Program-made: the position numbers and the translations under genes | Sequence record: OR544955 | Length of the DNA: 64,000 bases | Direction: 5' to 3' (one strand) | Origin: Escherichia phage vB_EcoP_EP32B | Part shown: piece by piece, positions 29,383 through 39,029 of the stretch | How positions within the stretch are numbered: position 1 is the first letter of the stretch | Layout: every line of letters begins with the position of its first letter | Notes under the pieces: generated by a model | The model's input: the letters and a program-made list of their open reading frames with translations, nothing else | Told to the model about the DNA's origin: nothing | The model's database searches: none

Positions 29383-29633
29383 GCAAATTAACTAAGGTTA
29401 CTTTTATCGGTTGGTTTAAAAGCGGTGAGATGTTCACTAAAGATATCATGTTATCAGGTGATCGCGAAGAAATCGAGTGGGTTACGGTACAACTTGCTGA
29501 AGTGAACAAAGCATTAGTTAAAGCGTTTGTTAATGACGAGAAAGTTTTTGAAGCTGATTTCAAGTTTAAAATAGCTGTTTACAAGCCCCACATATTGTGT
29601 TACTATCTTTCTATCAACTACAGAGGAAATTGA
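29379..29633 (+). CDS. hypothetical protein
   Basis: ATGA coupling. Confidence 0.45.
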   Translation: MSKLTKVTFIGWFKSGEMFTKDIMLSGDREEIEWVTVQLAEVNKALVKAFVNDEKVFEADFKFKIAVYKPHILCYYLSINYRGN

Positions 29634-29634
29634 A

Positions 29635-30003
29635 ATGAAAAAATTAATCGCTTTAGCAATGGTATTTGGATTAACCGGATGTGGTGCCCATGGCTTTATC
29701 CCTAATAACGTTGGCCAATTGATTTACAATCCGAATGTTAAACAGTATGACCAACCTAAAGTTGAAGTGGAAGACCCGGTTACTGTAGGTAATCGAATGA
29801 TTCAAGCTGATGCCCATGCTCAACGTTATCGTGACTCTGATACTGTAGCATTGTCAAAAGAACAACGCGTTAAAGAACATTGTCTACAGGCTACTGAAAT
29901 CGCATTCATTCGCTATGTTGAAACAACTGGTAAAGAGCCTACCCAGAAACAAATAGCGAATAACTACGTCCAGTGTATTGAACGTTTAAACAAATTTAAT
30001 TAA
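29635..30003 (+). CDS. putative lipoprotein
   Basis: signal peptide plus lipobox LTGC. Confidence 0.55.
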   Translation: MKKLIALAMVFGLTGCGAHGFIPNNVGQLIYNPNVKQYDQPKVEVEDPVTVGNRMIQADAHAQRYRDSDTVALSKEQRVKEHCLQATEIAFIRYVETTGKEPTQKQIANNYVQCIERLNKFN

Positions 30004-30064
30004 TTGGTTTACACCAAAGTTAAAACAAGATACTATAAACATAACAAATCAAGAGGAAATTAAC

Positions 30065-30313
30065 ATGGAATTATTCGTGGCTAGTTCAGTAGCAGTTTTA
30101 ATCGCAGGTATTGGTTCAATCATCATTTACATGTTGCCTTGGGTAATCGCACTTATTCGTGGCACAAAAAGCACAACAGCAATCTTCTTTGTATCTTTAC
30201 TCTTTAACTGGACGATGGTTGGTTGGATTGGAACTTTAATTTGGTCTATCGTTGCCGAAAAGAAATCTGCTCAGCAGCCTCAACAAGTAATTATTATTCG
30301 CGAAAAAGAATAA
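30065..30313 (+). CDS. two-TM membrane protein, possible superinfection-immunity type
   Basis: 82 aa, two hydrophobic helices. Confidence 0.45.
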   Translation: MELFVASSVAVLIAGIGSIIIYMLPWVIALIRGTKSTTAIFFVSLLFNWTMVGWIGTLIWSIVAEKKSAQQPQQVIIIREKE

Positions 30314-30317
30314 ACTT

Positions 30318-30353
30318 GTTTACATTATAGATGGACTATAGTATAGTAGTCCT
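30318..30353 (+). promoter_or_regulatory. early promoter with GGACTA/TAGTCC inverted repeat around -10
   Basis: -35 GTTTACA 30318-24, -10 TATAGT 30342-47. Confidence 0.5.
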
Positions 30354-30376
30354 ATCAAATCAACTAAGGAGTTAAA

Positions 30377-30670
30377 ATGAAAAAGTTATCATTGGCAGCA
30401 ATCTTACTTGCAGTATCATGTGCACCGGCTCCAGTTACGGCAGGTTATGATAAAGACCTCTGTGAGTGGTCAATGACTGCAAATCAAGAAGATGTTGAAC
30501 AACAAATCTTCTCTGATATCATGAACATCACTAAACGAGACCGTCCTAATATGGTTAATAAAGTTGTTGAACAACTTAAGTCTGGCGGTATCATGCAGTA
30601 CAACTATGTTTTGTATTGTGACCCTAATTTCGATAACAAAGATATCGTAACCGAAATCACAGGTGAATAA
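30377..30670 (+). CDS. sp: periplasmic superinfection-exclusion protein Spackle
   Basis: 97 aa, signal peptide, GYDKDLCEWSMTA..LKSGG.MQYNYVLYCD as recalled for T4 sp. Confidence 0.75.
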   Translation: MKKLSLAAILLAVSCAPAPVTAGYDKDLCEWSMTANQEDVEQQIFSDIMNITKRDRPNMVNKVVEQLKSGGIMQYNYVLYCDPNFDNKDIVTEITGE

Positions 30671-30671
30671 T

Positions 30672-31088
30672 ATGATTTATTATATGCACAAAAATGCGCC
30701 ATTTAAATATGGTAAATTTCCTAATGCACAATGTTATAATATAACGCCTAATGAAAATAATAACGGATACCATCTCGGTGTAATTTTTGTAATTGTTAAA
30801 GATAACGAAATCGTTGCCTGGGCAGATTTTAAAGGTACAACATATGATGTTAATCCTGTGCCTTTCACATATTATAATTTAATGGATTTGGCATATGATT
30901 ATAATTGGTTTAATCATGAAGGATTTGACATCTCTTATTCTAGCTATTCATTATGTCCTATGAGCCGAGCTCACGGTAAAGATGTATCATATCTTTCAAT
31001 TCGGAAACGTGTAAACTTCAAACGTAGTACAGAGTATGTTGGTGGACTCTTTGTTAAAGATAATAAAATAACATTAGTTATCCTCTAA
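30672..31088 (+). CDS. hypothetical protein; reading frame appears to continue in -1 frame to about 31294
   Basis: 138-aa ORF; adjacent start-less open frame 31067-31294. Confidence 0.4.
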   Translation: MIYYMHKNAPFKYGKFPNAQCYNITPNENNNGYHLGVIFVIVKDNEIVAWADFKGTTYDVNPVPFTYYNLMDLAYDYNWFNHEGFDISYSSYSLCPMSRAHGKDVSYLSIRKRVNFKRSTEYVGGLFVKDNKITLVIL

Positions 31089-31295
31089 GTGTAGGCCAAA
31101 AAGATGTTGATGTTGATTTGGACTTAACTGAAAATAACATTAATCGTATTGCTTCTGTATATTTTGATATCGATGAAAAAATTGTAGTGTGTGGATACGA
31201 ATTACCACCTGAAGAAAAGGCCGAAACAATTGAAGTCGAATTAGAAATTTCTGTTGATGACCAAATATTTAATGCATTTATGAATCGAGGTTAAA

Positions 31296-31481
31296 ATGAC
31301 TACTGCAATTTGCACTGGTTCTAAAATTAGTGTTTTTACAAGTTTTGAAGATTATGAAGTTGTTTCAAAACACCAATGCCATATTAGCGTAAAAGCTAAT
31401 GACGGTGTAATTTGGAATATTCCACAGTATGAAGGCACTACATATGAAGTCACAGATAAAGCAATCTTTGTAATTGATTAA
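31296..31481 (+). CDS. hypothetical protein
   Basis: 61-aa ORF. Confidence 0.4.
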   Translation: MTTAICTGSKISVFTSFEDYEVVSKHQCHISVKANDGVIWNIPQYEGTTYEVTDKAIFVID

Positions 31482-31500
31482 ATATACTCAGGAGGTACCT

Positions 31501-31968
31501 ATGGGTATTATTAACACTGCAATAGATTCTGTTTACGCATATAAGTTTATTCGACTAATGCAAAAACCTTTTACCGAATGGAAAGCGTACGAAGCCAAAA
31601 TAATCGATGAACGTGGAAGTGTTCTTAAACGTCCTTCTACTCCTGAAGAGAAAGCGGCTTATACACCTTTTCATGCTTCAGTTCGTTCAATGAAGCGAAT
31701 GATGAGTACTGTTCCAGGTCTTAATGGAATGGCCTCAATGATGTCTGCCTGGAGTGCTGTAGCTTCACGCTATAACATTACTGAAGAACAACAGAAAGAA
31801 ATATTTAAAGAACTCCCTTTATTTGAGGATATGGTTGCTGGTGATTCAGGCGGCAGTCCTCAAGCTATTGCATCAGGAACAACTACAGGTGCAGTCGTAA
31901 ATAAAGGTCCAGAACAAATTCCTTCCAAGAAAAGAAAGCGAATTAAAGTAAATATTAATAAGTTGTGA
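31501..31968 (+). CDS. hypothetical protein
   Basis: RBS CAGGAGG. Confidence 0.5.
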   Translation: MGIINTAIDSVYAYKFIRLMQKPFTEWKAYEAKIIDERGSVLKRPSTPEEKAAYTPFHASVRSMKRMMSTVPGLNGMASMMSAWSAVASRYNITEEQQKEIFKELPLFEDMVAGDSGGSPQAIASGTTTGAVVNKGPEQIPSKKRKRIKVNINKL

Positions 31969-32007
31969 TAAGATGGCCTTATTAATTTAAGGCCTCTGGA
32001 GAATACT

Positions 32008-33030
32008 ATGGCTGAATGGATAGATAATGAATTTGCTTATCGTGCGTTTTCTCACCTACCTCGTTTTAGACAAATCAATAATTCAAGTACATTTAAATTA
32101 ACATTTCGATGTCCAGTTTGTGGCGACTCCCAGACAGATGCAATGAAAGCTCGCGGATGGTATTATGGCGGTACTCCTGGTAATGTACATTGCTATAACT
32201 GTCAATACCACAATACAATTTCAGGATACTTAAAAGAGTATGATGAAGAGCTTTATCGCGAATATCTAATGGAAGTTCGTAAAGAAAAAGCTAGAATGGA
32301 ACCAAAGATTGAAAAGGTTCCTGAACATAAACCAGAACCGGAGAAAAAGACTATAAATTCTTTGCCGTCTTGTTCTCGTCTAGACAAGTTGCCTGAAGAG
32401 CATCCTATTGTGAAATATGTTAAGTCTCGGTGTATTCCTAAAGAATCGTGGAATAGATTATGGTTCACATTAGAATGGCCTAAATTGGTCAACAAGATTC
32501 AACCTGGTACGTATAAGAAAGAGATTCCCGAGCCACGTTTAGTGATTCCTATTTTTAATAAAGACGGGAAGGCCGAGTCATTCCAAGGACGTGCACTTCG
32601 TAAAGATGCTCCTCAGAAATATATCACTATTAAAGCGTTTGAGTCTGCAACAAAAATTTATGGCGTTGAACGTGTTAAGGAAGGAGACGTCTGGGTAATG
32701 GAAGGCCCTATTGATAGTTTATTCATACCCAATGCAATCGCTATTACAGGCGGCTCGATAGATTTAGATGTGGTACCATTTAAAGAACGACGGGTATGGG
32801 TAATGGATAATGAACCTAGGCATCCGGATACTATAGCTCGCATGAAGCGATTAGTTGATGCAGGCGAACGTGTCATGTTCTGGGATAGAGCTCCATGGAG
32901 TTCAAAGGATGTGAATGATATGGTAATGAAAGAAAATGCAACACCACAAGAAATTTTAGAATATATGAAACAGAATATTTCAAGTGGGTTGCATGCTAAA
33001 ATGAGATTATCTCGTTATTCGAAGATTTAA
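32008..33030 (+). CDS. 61: DNA primase gp61
   Basis: 340 aa, zinc ribbon CPVCGDS..CYNC, TOPRIM; recalled T4 gp61 match. Confidence 0.95.
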   Translation: MAEWIDNEFAYRAFSHLPRFRQINNSSTFKLTFRCPVCGDSQTDAMKARGWYYGGTPGNVHCYNCQYHNTISGYLKEYDEELYREYLMEVRKEKARMEPKIEKVPEHKPEPEKKTINSLPSCSRLDKLPEEHPIVKYVKSRCIPKESWNRLWFTLEWPKLVNKIQPGTYKKEIPEPRLVIPIFNKDGKAESFQGRALRKDAPQKYITIKAFESATKIYGVERVKEGDVWVMEGPIDSLFIPNAIAITGGSIDLDVVPFKERRVWVMDNEPRHPDTIARMKRLVDAGERVMFWDRAPWSSKDVNDMVMKENATPQEILEYMKQNISSGLHAKMRLSRYSKI

Positions 33031-33224
33031 ACAAGCCCTATAATAGCAAAGGCCAAATCAACTACAGTATCCAATGGAACAGAAGGAACTATAATACCAT
33101 GGGCAACTAACAATGGTGCAATCCCGAAGTTCCATGAAATAATGCCACCTACAACTATTGCAGCGATAGCATTTTTCTTTTTATTGCCTTTAATAGCGTT
33201 GATTAACGATGGAAGTTTAAACAT
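33027..33224 (-). CDS. small membrane protein on opposite strand
   Basis: 65 aa, RBS TAAGGAG on - strand; late-promoter-like AATAAATA upstream. Confidence 0.45.
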   Translation of the reverse strand: MFKLPSLINAIKGNKKKNAIAAIVVGGIISWNFGIAPLLVAHGIIVPSVPLDTVVDLAFAIIGLV

Positions 33225-33313
33225 AATATCTCCTTAGTTACCTATTATTTATTACGCTTTATAAAATTAATGTTAGAATTAACTCACTTATTACTGAATT
33301 GAAAGGAAAAATA

Positions 33314-33628
33314 ATGGCGCACTTTAATGAATGTTCACAACTTATTTCTGGTGTTGATAAAGCAGAAGAAGCTTATTTTAATGCTCTGATTCACGAAGAT
33401 AAAGACCCACTTCAGGTAATGCTTGATATGCAGAAATCTTTACAGGTTCGTCTGGCAAATGACAAGCCTGAACATAACAAACATCCTGATGAATTGGCTA
33501 CTGCCGGTGATGTTGTTGATTGGCTGCGTAATCAGAAAGATTATATTGATGATGAATTCCGTGAACTGTTGACTTCACTTGGTGGTATGATTATAAATAC
33601 ACCTGTAATTAAACAACAAAGGAGTTAA
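33314..33628 (+). CDS. MazG-like all-alpha NTP pyrophosphatase (gene 56 dCTPase-like), possibly short
   Basis: 104 aa; DDEFRELL motif; position after 61. Confidence 0.45.
   Translation: MAHFNECSQLISGVDKAEEAYFNALIHEDKDPLQVMLDMQKSLQVRLANDKPEHNKHPDELATAGDVVDWLRNQKDYIDDEFRELLTSLGGMIINTPVIKQQRS
33592..33599 (+). promoter_or_regulatory. late promoter TATAAATA for soc
   Basis: exact TATAAATA about 32 nt upstream of soc ATG. Confidence 0.7.
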
Positions 33629-33630
33629 TT

Positions 33631-33774
33631 ATGGGTGGTTATGTAAACATCAAAACCTTTACGCATCCTGCTGGTGAAGGCAAAGAAGTTAAAGGTATGG
33701 AAGTTTCTGTACCGTTTGAGATTTATTCAAACGAACATCGGATTGCTGATTCTCATTACCAAGTAAGTGGTTAA
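33631..33774 (+). CDS. soc: small outer capsid protein Soc, short form (47 aa)
   Basis: MGGYVNIKTF..EVSVPFEIYSNEHRIADSHYQ resembles recalled T4/RB69 Soc N-terminal half. Confidence 0.6.
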   Translation: MGGYVNIKTFTHPAGEGKEVKGMEVSVPFEIYSNEHRIADSHYQVSG

Positions 33775-33782
33775 ATAATTTA

Positions 33783-33808
33783 AGGAATCCTTCGGGATTC
33801 CTTTTTTT
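33783..33808 (+). terminator. UUCG-tetraloop hairpin plus T7 run
   Basis: AGGAATCC TTCG GGATTCC TTTTTTT. Confidence 0.75.
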
Positions 33809-33817
33809 GTTTCTACA

Positions 33818-33848
33818 GTTTACAACCACTAAAAACTGTGTTAAGATA
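33818..33848 (+). promoter_or_regulatory. early promoter
   Basis: -35 GTTTACA, 17-nt spacer, -10 TAAGAT. Confidence 0.55.
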
Positions 33849-33875
33849 TTTTTACTTACTCAAGAGGAGAACAAT

Positions 33876-34103
33876 ATGTTAAATCGTTGGATTAAACCTA
33901 ATAACACATTAGGTGCTTTGATTGCTCAAGAAGTTTCATTAAAGTACGGTCTTGGATATTACGATGATGTAGTCGTACACTCATTCATGATGGATGGTGA
34001 AGACGTCAAATTTAATGCCGAAATCCGCTGGGATGACGGTGGTGTTCGTTTTGTTCGAGGAACAATTAATGCTTACGATACTGAAGAAGTTGTTTGCTGT
34101 TAA
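33876..34103 (+). CDS. hypothetical protein
   Basis: RBS GAGGAGAACAAT. Confidence 0.45.
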   Translation: MLNRWIKPNNTLGALIAQEVSLKYGLGYYDDVVVHSFMMDGEDVKFNAEIRWDDGGVRFVRGTINAYDTEEVVCC

Positions 34104-34116
34104 ACCAGGCGAAGGT

Positions 34117-34317
34117 ATGATGCCTATTCCTGATACACACGAAAAAAGTTGGGAATATATCGGTGACGGCATGATGGAAGAAGTTGTTCGTCCAAAAACA
34201 AAACAGGTTAATGCTTCAAGCTCTTCAAGTTATAATCATTCATACGTATCGTCTTGGCCTGGTGATTCTGGGTCAAGTTATTCTGATTGTGGTTCAAACT
34301 CAGGGAGCTGCGAATGA
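34117..34317 (+). CDS. hypothetical Ser-rich protein
   Basis: internal ATG of ORF 33994..34317. Confidence 0.35.
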   Translation: MMPIPDTHEKSWEYIGDGMMEEVVRPKTKQVNASSSSSYNHSYVSSWPGDSGSSYSDCGSNSGSCE

Positions 34318-34493
34318 ACAAGATAGTTAAATGGTTTAAAAGCTGGGACGATGGTGTCGGTCCAGAAGATTGGCTGGATGTTCTTGAAGAGAATATGGCT
34401 AAAGAATTCCAAAAACATGAAGAGAAGCTCGTCGAAGATGAAGGCGAACGTATTGTAAAACTTTATATGGGTGAACCATCGAGGAAATTATAA
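34314..34493 (+). CDS. hypothetical protein
   Basis: ATGA coupling. Confidence 0.35.
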   Translation: MNKIVKWFKSWDDGVGPEDWLDVLEENMAKEFQKHEEKLVEDEGERIVKLYMGEPSRKL

Positions 34494-34957
34494 TGGATGC
34501 TATGTTATTTAAAATGTATTTGCTTGAAGCCAAGTCGTTTAAACATATACCAGTAGAAGATAAGACTCCACTAGAAATAGCTATTCTCATTAACAAAAGT
34601 CTAAATAATCCGCAATATATCGTAGAAGAATTCTGCAAATTGCAGATTCCTAAAGGTTACAAAATTCGTGTAGAGCGAGTTGGAGCTATTACTCGTTCTA
34701 AAAATTCTCCGTTTAGTCTTGAAGAAGGCATAAAGGACTTAGGTTATGAATCTACGGAAAATGCCGTTTATGCGAATCCTGAAAAGCGTTTAGACTTGTT
34801 TGAAAAGCGAGACCACAAATATTTTGCCAAAAAATACTTTATTACATCATTAGCAGATTTAATCCATTTGCAACGAGCTATTTGGAAATTTTTTAAGACA
34901 AAAGGTGTAGCGCTAGAAACATTTTCTGAACCGGCTAGTTTTTATCTCGGTGAATAA
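34493..34957 (+). CDS. hypothetical protein
   Basis: 154-aa ORF. Confidence 0.5.
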   Translation: MDAMLFKMYLLEAKSFKHIPVEDKTPLEIAILINKSLNNPQYIVEEFCKLQIPKGYKIRVERVGAITRSKNSPFSLEEGIKDLGYESTENAVYANPEKRLDLFEKRDHKYFAKKYFITSLADLIHLQRAIWKFFKTKGVALETFSEPASFYLGE

Positions 34958-34958
34958 T

Positions 34959-35138
34959 ATGGACTTGATGAGTATGTTTGATGAGCCTGAAGTTGAGGCT
35001 CCTAAAGTTCATCGTAGTGAACTTGTCGATGAACTAGATAGTATTATACAACGTCACGGCTTTAGTTTACCATTAGAAGTCCTGAAAGACCTTGCCTCTT
35101 ATTATGATGACCCTCCACCATGGAGTCCTTGGAAATGA
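34959..35138 (+). CDS. hypothetical acidic protein
   Basis: 59 aa. Confidence 0.4.
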   Translation: MDLMSMFDEPEVEAPKVHRSELVDELDSIIQRHGFSLPLEVLKDLASYYDDPPPWSPWK

Positions 35139-35299
35139 AAGAGAAATTGAAAGAGAAATTCTTACTAGAAATCAAGGAAAAAGACTTTGAGACATGGTAT
35201 CGAATGGTGAAAGGGTTGACATTGCTTTTTAAAGCATCGTTATTCATGTTAGAACAACCTGGTCCTGATGGTCCTTTAGTAGGAAAGCTTAAAAAGTAG
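35135..35299 (+). CDS. hypothetical protein (54 aa)
   Basis: ATGA coupling. Confidence 0.3.
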   Translation: MKEKLKEKFLLEIKEKDFETWYRMVKGLTLLFKASLFMLEQPGPDGPLVGKLKK

Positions 35300-35328
35300 T
35301 TTACATTCCCTCCTCTCGTGTTATGATA
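35299..35328 (+). promoter_or_regulatory. early promoter
   Basis: -35 GTTTACA 35299-305, -10 TATGAT 35322-27. Confidence 0.55.
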
Positions 35329-35354
35329 GGCTTATCTTTAAATGGAGGTCTATC

Positions 35355-35936
35355 ATGACATGTCAATCTGAACTTCAAGAACGCGAATACCTAACAAATC
35401 TGATTGATAGCAAATTCACCCGCCAAGAACAAAACATTCTCTGGGCTTGCACCGATTCTAAGGAAGACCCGGATTTCCACTATGAATTAGACCATCTTGT
35501 TCGTAAGCATATGACTTCTACAGTACCGGTAGAGCTCTACCGTGGTGTAACTCCAGAAGAAGTAGAACGTCTTTCCCTTCTTTCTGTTGGATGCCATTGG
35601 TCTCCTGGACGAGTAACATCGTTCACAACTGATTTCAGTACAGCTCGTCAATTCTCCGGGAGATGGGAATATCAGACGTACACTATTCTTAGTCTCAGGA
35701 ATGCTCCATTCATTTTTGATTACTACCAAAACATGGTTAACATTGTACTCGCCGGAAAGAACCCTAAGCATGTTATGGAAGAAACGCGTGTTGACGTCCT
35801 AGATATGATTGAATCTGAACAAGAGTACATGGTCTCAGGTATCTCTAGATTTGAGATTGTGGAAATTGAAGACTTAGAATATGACCCTTTATCTCGATTA
35901 TACAAAATCATTCATTTGAAAATGTTGAATTTTTAG
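35355..35936 (+). CDS. ADP-ribosyltransferase, ModA/ModB family
   Basis: R-S-E motifs: ELYRG, SFTTD, ESEQEY; 193 aa. Confidence 0.6.
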   Translation: MTCQSELQEREYLTNLIDSKFTRQEQNILWACTDSKEDPDFHYELDHLVRKHMTSTVPVELYRGVTPEEVERLSLLSVGCHWSPGRVTSFTTDFSTARQFSGRWEYQTYTILSLRNAPFIFDYYQNMVNIVLAGKNPKHVMEETRVDVLDMIESEQEYMVSGISRFEIVEIEDLEYDPLSRLYKIIHLKMLNF

Positions 35937-36046
35937 TGTACAAACTCTTCCGATGATGATACTATACCTCTATCAACCACAGGAGAAACCTAAATGTTTA
36001 TGCCGTATAACGAGTGTGAAATTGAAGAAATGGTTCGTCGTGCTCA

Positions 36047-36505
36047 ATGCCCGGATTATCAAGATTAAGTGCAATTGTTCGTAGAAATTGGTCGTCTTCT
36101 GTTCCTGAGACAATGTATCGTGGAATCTCTAAGAAAACTATGGCCACACTCGATGATAAAGGTATTGGTAGTATTATTAAATTTGACAGAGTAATGAGCT
36201 TCAGCCCAGTGTTCGGTGTAGCACGTAACTTTGCTTCGTATAATTTTTACGGAACATTTAATATGTTCTGCATCAAAGATGCACCATTTGCTTTCAACTT
36301 CCGTGAACATATGCTTAACATGATTCTGGCTGCGCCATCTTGTGAGTTCAATGGAGCTTTCCCTGAAGCGACAAGACGGTCTAATGCTAGACTTATATCT
36401 GACGAATGTGAATTTATGCTCCCTATAGGGACTACACTGCGTGTAGATTCTATTATTCAAGATGGAAGTTATACAATCTGGAATCTGTCTATTGTCAGTT
36501 ACTGA
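36047..36505 (+). CDS. ADP-ribosyltransferase paralog; N-terminus apparently frameshifted (RBS and ATG at about 35994 in another frame)
   Basis: MYRG, SFSPV, ECEFML motifs; upstream 24-codon ORF with strong RBS ends at 36069. Confidence 0.55.
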   Translation: MPGLSRLSAIVRRNWSSSVPETMYRGISKKTMATLDDKGIGSIIKFDRVMSFSPVFGVARNFASYNFYGTFNMFCIKDAPFAFNFREHMLNMILAAPSCEFNGAFPEATRRSNARLISDECEFMLPIGTTLRVDSIIQDGSYTIWNLSIVSY

Positions 36506-36658
36506 CTGAATTGGAATAACCGGATGGAACTCAGAACCATTATAACACATAAAAAATTAAAGCATTTTATGAAAAAAGAGTGTACACTACCTGAGGGCAT
36601 GATATTATAAGCTTATCAGCTAAATGACCTTAACGTCCGTAAGACAGAGGAAAATATT

Positions 36659-37405
36659 ATGTTATCAAATAATAAAATTAACAAAATCAATCGTCGTCTT
36701 GACCACACCAGAGCTTCTGCGAAGAGACGCTCTAAGGATTTTAACTTAGACTTTAATTACCTTAAAAACATTCTTGATCAAAAGGTCTGCGCTTACTCAG
36801 GTGAATCTTTTAATAACTCTGTTGAAGGTGAGAAATTATCCTTAGAACGTTTTAATAATGATATAGGCTACATTAAAGGTAATGTTATCCCAGTTAAGAA
36901 AAAATATAACACGGCTCGTTCTGATTTAACACTAGAAGAACTTATTGGGAAACGCGATGCCATTGCAAGACGTATCGCTAATCCTTCTGCCCGTAAAGTA
37001 GAGAAACTTAATCTCGACGAGAAGAAATGGGCCCAAATTAAAAAGGTTTATGGTACTATTTTAAAAATCCGAGCAAAACGTGAAAATCGTGTTAAGCATA
37101 TGGCGAACATGATGAAAAATCAACCTTTATCTAACGAATCTAAACTTAGAATTGTTGCTTTGAAAGCACGCATTAATGGCTCACATCAAGCAGAAGGCCA
37201 TGAACTTACTAAACTCAACGTTCTTCTTAAAGGCTCTGACTGGAAAACTAAAACTAAATTAACTGACGCTGAATCGCTTTTCGATACATATGATAAAGTT
37301 ATCCAAGGTCTGCAACGTTTTGAAAAGATTGGTTTCATTGGTAAATTAAAATTGAAACGTGGCTTACCACTTAGCGCATCATTATTCCAACTGATTAAAG
37401 GTTAA
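36659..37405 (+). CDS. hypothetical basic protein (Srd position); faint HNH-like segment
   Basis: 248-aa ORF. Confidence 0.45.
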   Translation: MLSNNKINKINRRLDHTRASAKRRSKDFNLDFNYLKNILDQKVCAYSGESFNNSVEGEKLSLERFNNDIGYIKGNVIPVKKKYNTARSDLTLEELIGKRDAIARRIANPSARKVEKLNLDEKKWAQIKKVYGTILKIRAKRENRVKHMANMMKNQPLSNESKLRIVALKARINGSHQAEGHELTKLNVLLKGSDWKTKTKLTDAESLFDTYDKVIQGLQRFEKIGFIGKLKLKRGLPLSASLFQLIKG

Positions 37406-37407
37406 TT

Positions 37408-37719
37408 ATGGTTTATGTATATGCAATAGTTTATCGAGATATGGAAGGATTTACTGTCCCGGTTCCACTTGATGAGCATCGTCCTGCAGTATTTTTTAGA
37501 AAGGATATTGCAGATAAAGTTTTCGATACTTTGAAAACACAGTATAAAACAGATTTAAAAATGGGAGTTCTAAGAATGGTCGAAACTCCGCGTAAGTTCT
37601 GGTTTAATAAGCTTGAAATGAAACACGTTAAACTAGATGCGGAGACGCAAAGATTGTATCAACGAATCCTGGACACAGGCCGTATTGTTAGTATTCCAAT
37701 TGCAGGGACTTTACGATGA
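37408..37719 (+). CDS. hypothetical protein
   Basis: 103-aa ORF coupled to dda. Confidence 0.5.
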   Translation: MVYVYAIVYRDMEGFTVPVPLDEHRPAVFFRKDIADKVFDTLKTQYKTDLKMGVLRMVETPRKFWFNKLEMKHVKLDAETQRLYQRILDTGRIVSIPIAGTLR

Positions 37720-39029
37720 CATTTGATGATTTGACTGAAGGCCAGAAAAACGCCTTCAACGTTGTTATGGAAGCTATTAAAGAAAAGAAACATCATGTAA
37801 CTATTAATGGACCTGCTGGTACAGGTAAAACAACCCTTACTAGATTCATCGTTGAAGCCCTTATTTCTTCTGGAGAATCAGGTATTATTTTAGCAGCCCC
37901 TACACATGCTGCTAAAAAGGTTCTAAGCAAACTTGCAGGTCAAGAAGCATCGACTATTCATAGCATTCTTAAAATCAACCCAACTACATACGAAGAAAAC
38001 GTATTGTTTGAACAGAAAAAGGTTCCCGACTTAGCCTTGTGTCGTGTACTGTTATTTGATGAAGCGTCAATGTGCGACCGTTCTCTGTTTAAAATAATGT
38101 TAGCTAGTATCCCTAAATGGTGCACAGTAATTGGAATCGGCGACCGATGCCAGATTCGTCCGGTAGACCCAGGCGAATCAACTGCGTATCTAAGTCCTTT
38201 CTTCACTCACAAAGACTTCGTGCAATGCAACCTTACAGAAGTTAAACGTAGCAATGCACCAATTATTGATGTTGCGACCGATATTCGTAATGGCAAATGG
38301 ATTTACGATAAAGTAGTTGATGGACACGGTGTTCATGGATATACAGACCTTAAATCATATATGATGAACTATTTTAACGTCGTTAAAACTCCTGAAGACC
38401 TTTTCGAAAATCGAATGATGGCATTCACAAATAAGTCGGTGGACAAGTTAAATTCAATTATTCGCCGAAAACTTCTTGAAACAGAAAAACCATTTATTAA
38501 AGACGAAGTCATTGTTCTACAAGAGCCATTTACTAAGACATATAAGCTAGACGGTAAAAATATGACCGAAATGCTTTTCAATAATGGGCAATTCGTTCGT
38601 ATTCGAGATGCTGTAGAAACGTCTACATTCGTTAAAGCACGTGGCGTTTCAGGCGAATATATGATACGATACTGGAATCTTACAGTAGAAACATATGGCG
38701 ATGATGAAGAATACGTCCGAGAGGATATAAAGGTTATTTCTTCTGAAGAAGAGCTTTATAAATTCAATTTGTTTTTGGCTAAGACCGCAGAAACATACAA
38801 ATTCTGGAATAAAGGTGGTAAAGCTCCATGGAGCGAATTCTGGGATGCTAAACGTATGTTCACTAAGGTGAAGGCACTACCAGTATCAACCTTCCATAAG
38901 GCCCAGGGTATGTCTGTTGACACGGCCTTTGTTTATACACCGTGTATCCATTATGCTGATTCAGAATTAGCTAAACAGTTATTGTATGTCGGCACGACTC
39001 GTGGTCGTTTTGACGTCCATTTTATTTGA
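37716..39029 (+). CDS. dda: DNA helicase Dda (SF1B)
   Basis: 437 aa, Walker A GPAGTGKTT, Walker B LLFDEASM; recalled T4 Dda match. Confidence 0.95.
   Translation: MTFDDLTEGQKNAFNVVMEAIKEKKHHVTINGPAGTGKTTLTRFIVEALISSGESGIILAAPTHAAKKVLSKLAGQEASTIHSILKINPTTYEENVLFEQKKVPDLALCRVLLFDEASMCDRSLFKIMLASIPKWCTVIGIGDRCQIRPVDPGESTAYLSPFFTHKDFVQCNLTEVKRSNAPIIDVATDIRNGKWIYDKVVDGHGVHGYTDLKSYMMNYFNVVKTPEDLFENRMMAFTNKSVDKLNSIIRRKLLETEKPFIKDEVIVLQEPFTKTYKLDGKNMTEMLFNNGQFVRIRDAVETSTFVKARGVSGEYMIRYWNLTVETYGDDEEYVREDIKVISSEEELYKFNLFLAKTAETYKFWNKGGKAPWSEFWDAKRMFTKVKALPVSTFHKAQGMSVDTAFVYTPCIHYADSELAKQLLYVGTTRGRFDVHFI

Noticed and set aside
36659-37405. Homing endonuclease
   Set aside because: Only a faint HNH-like stretch with no clear His-Asn-His or GIY-YIG motif; synteny fits an Srd-like early protein.
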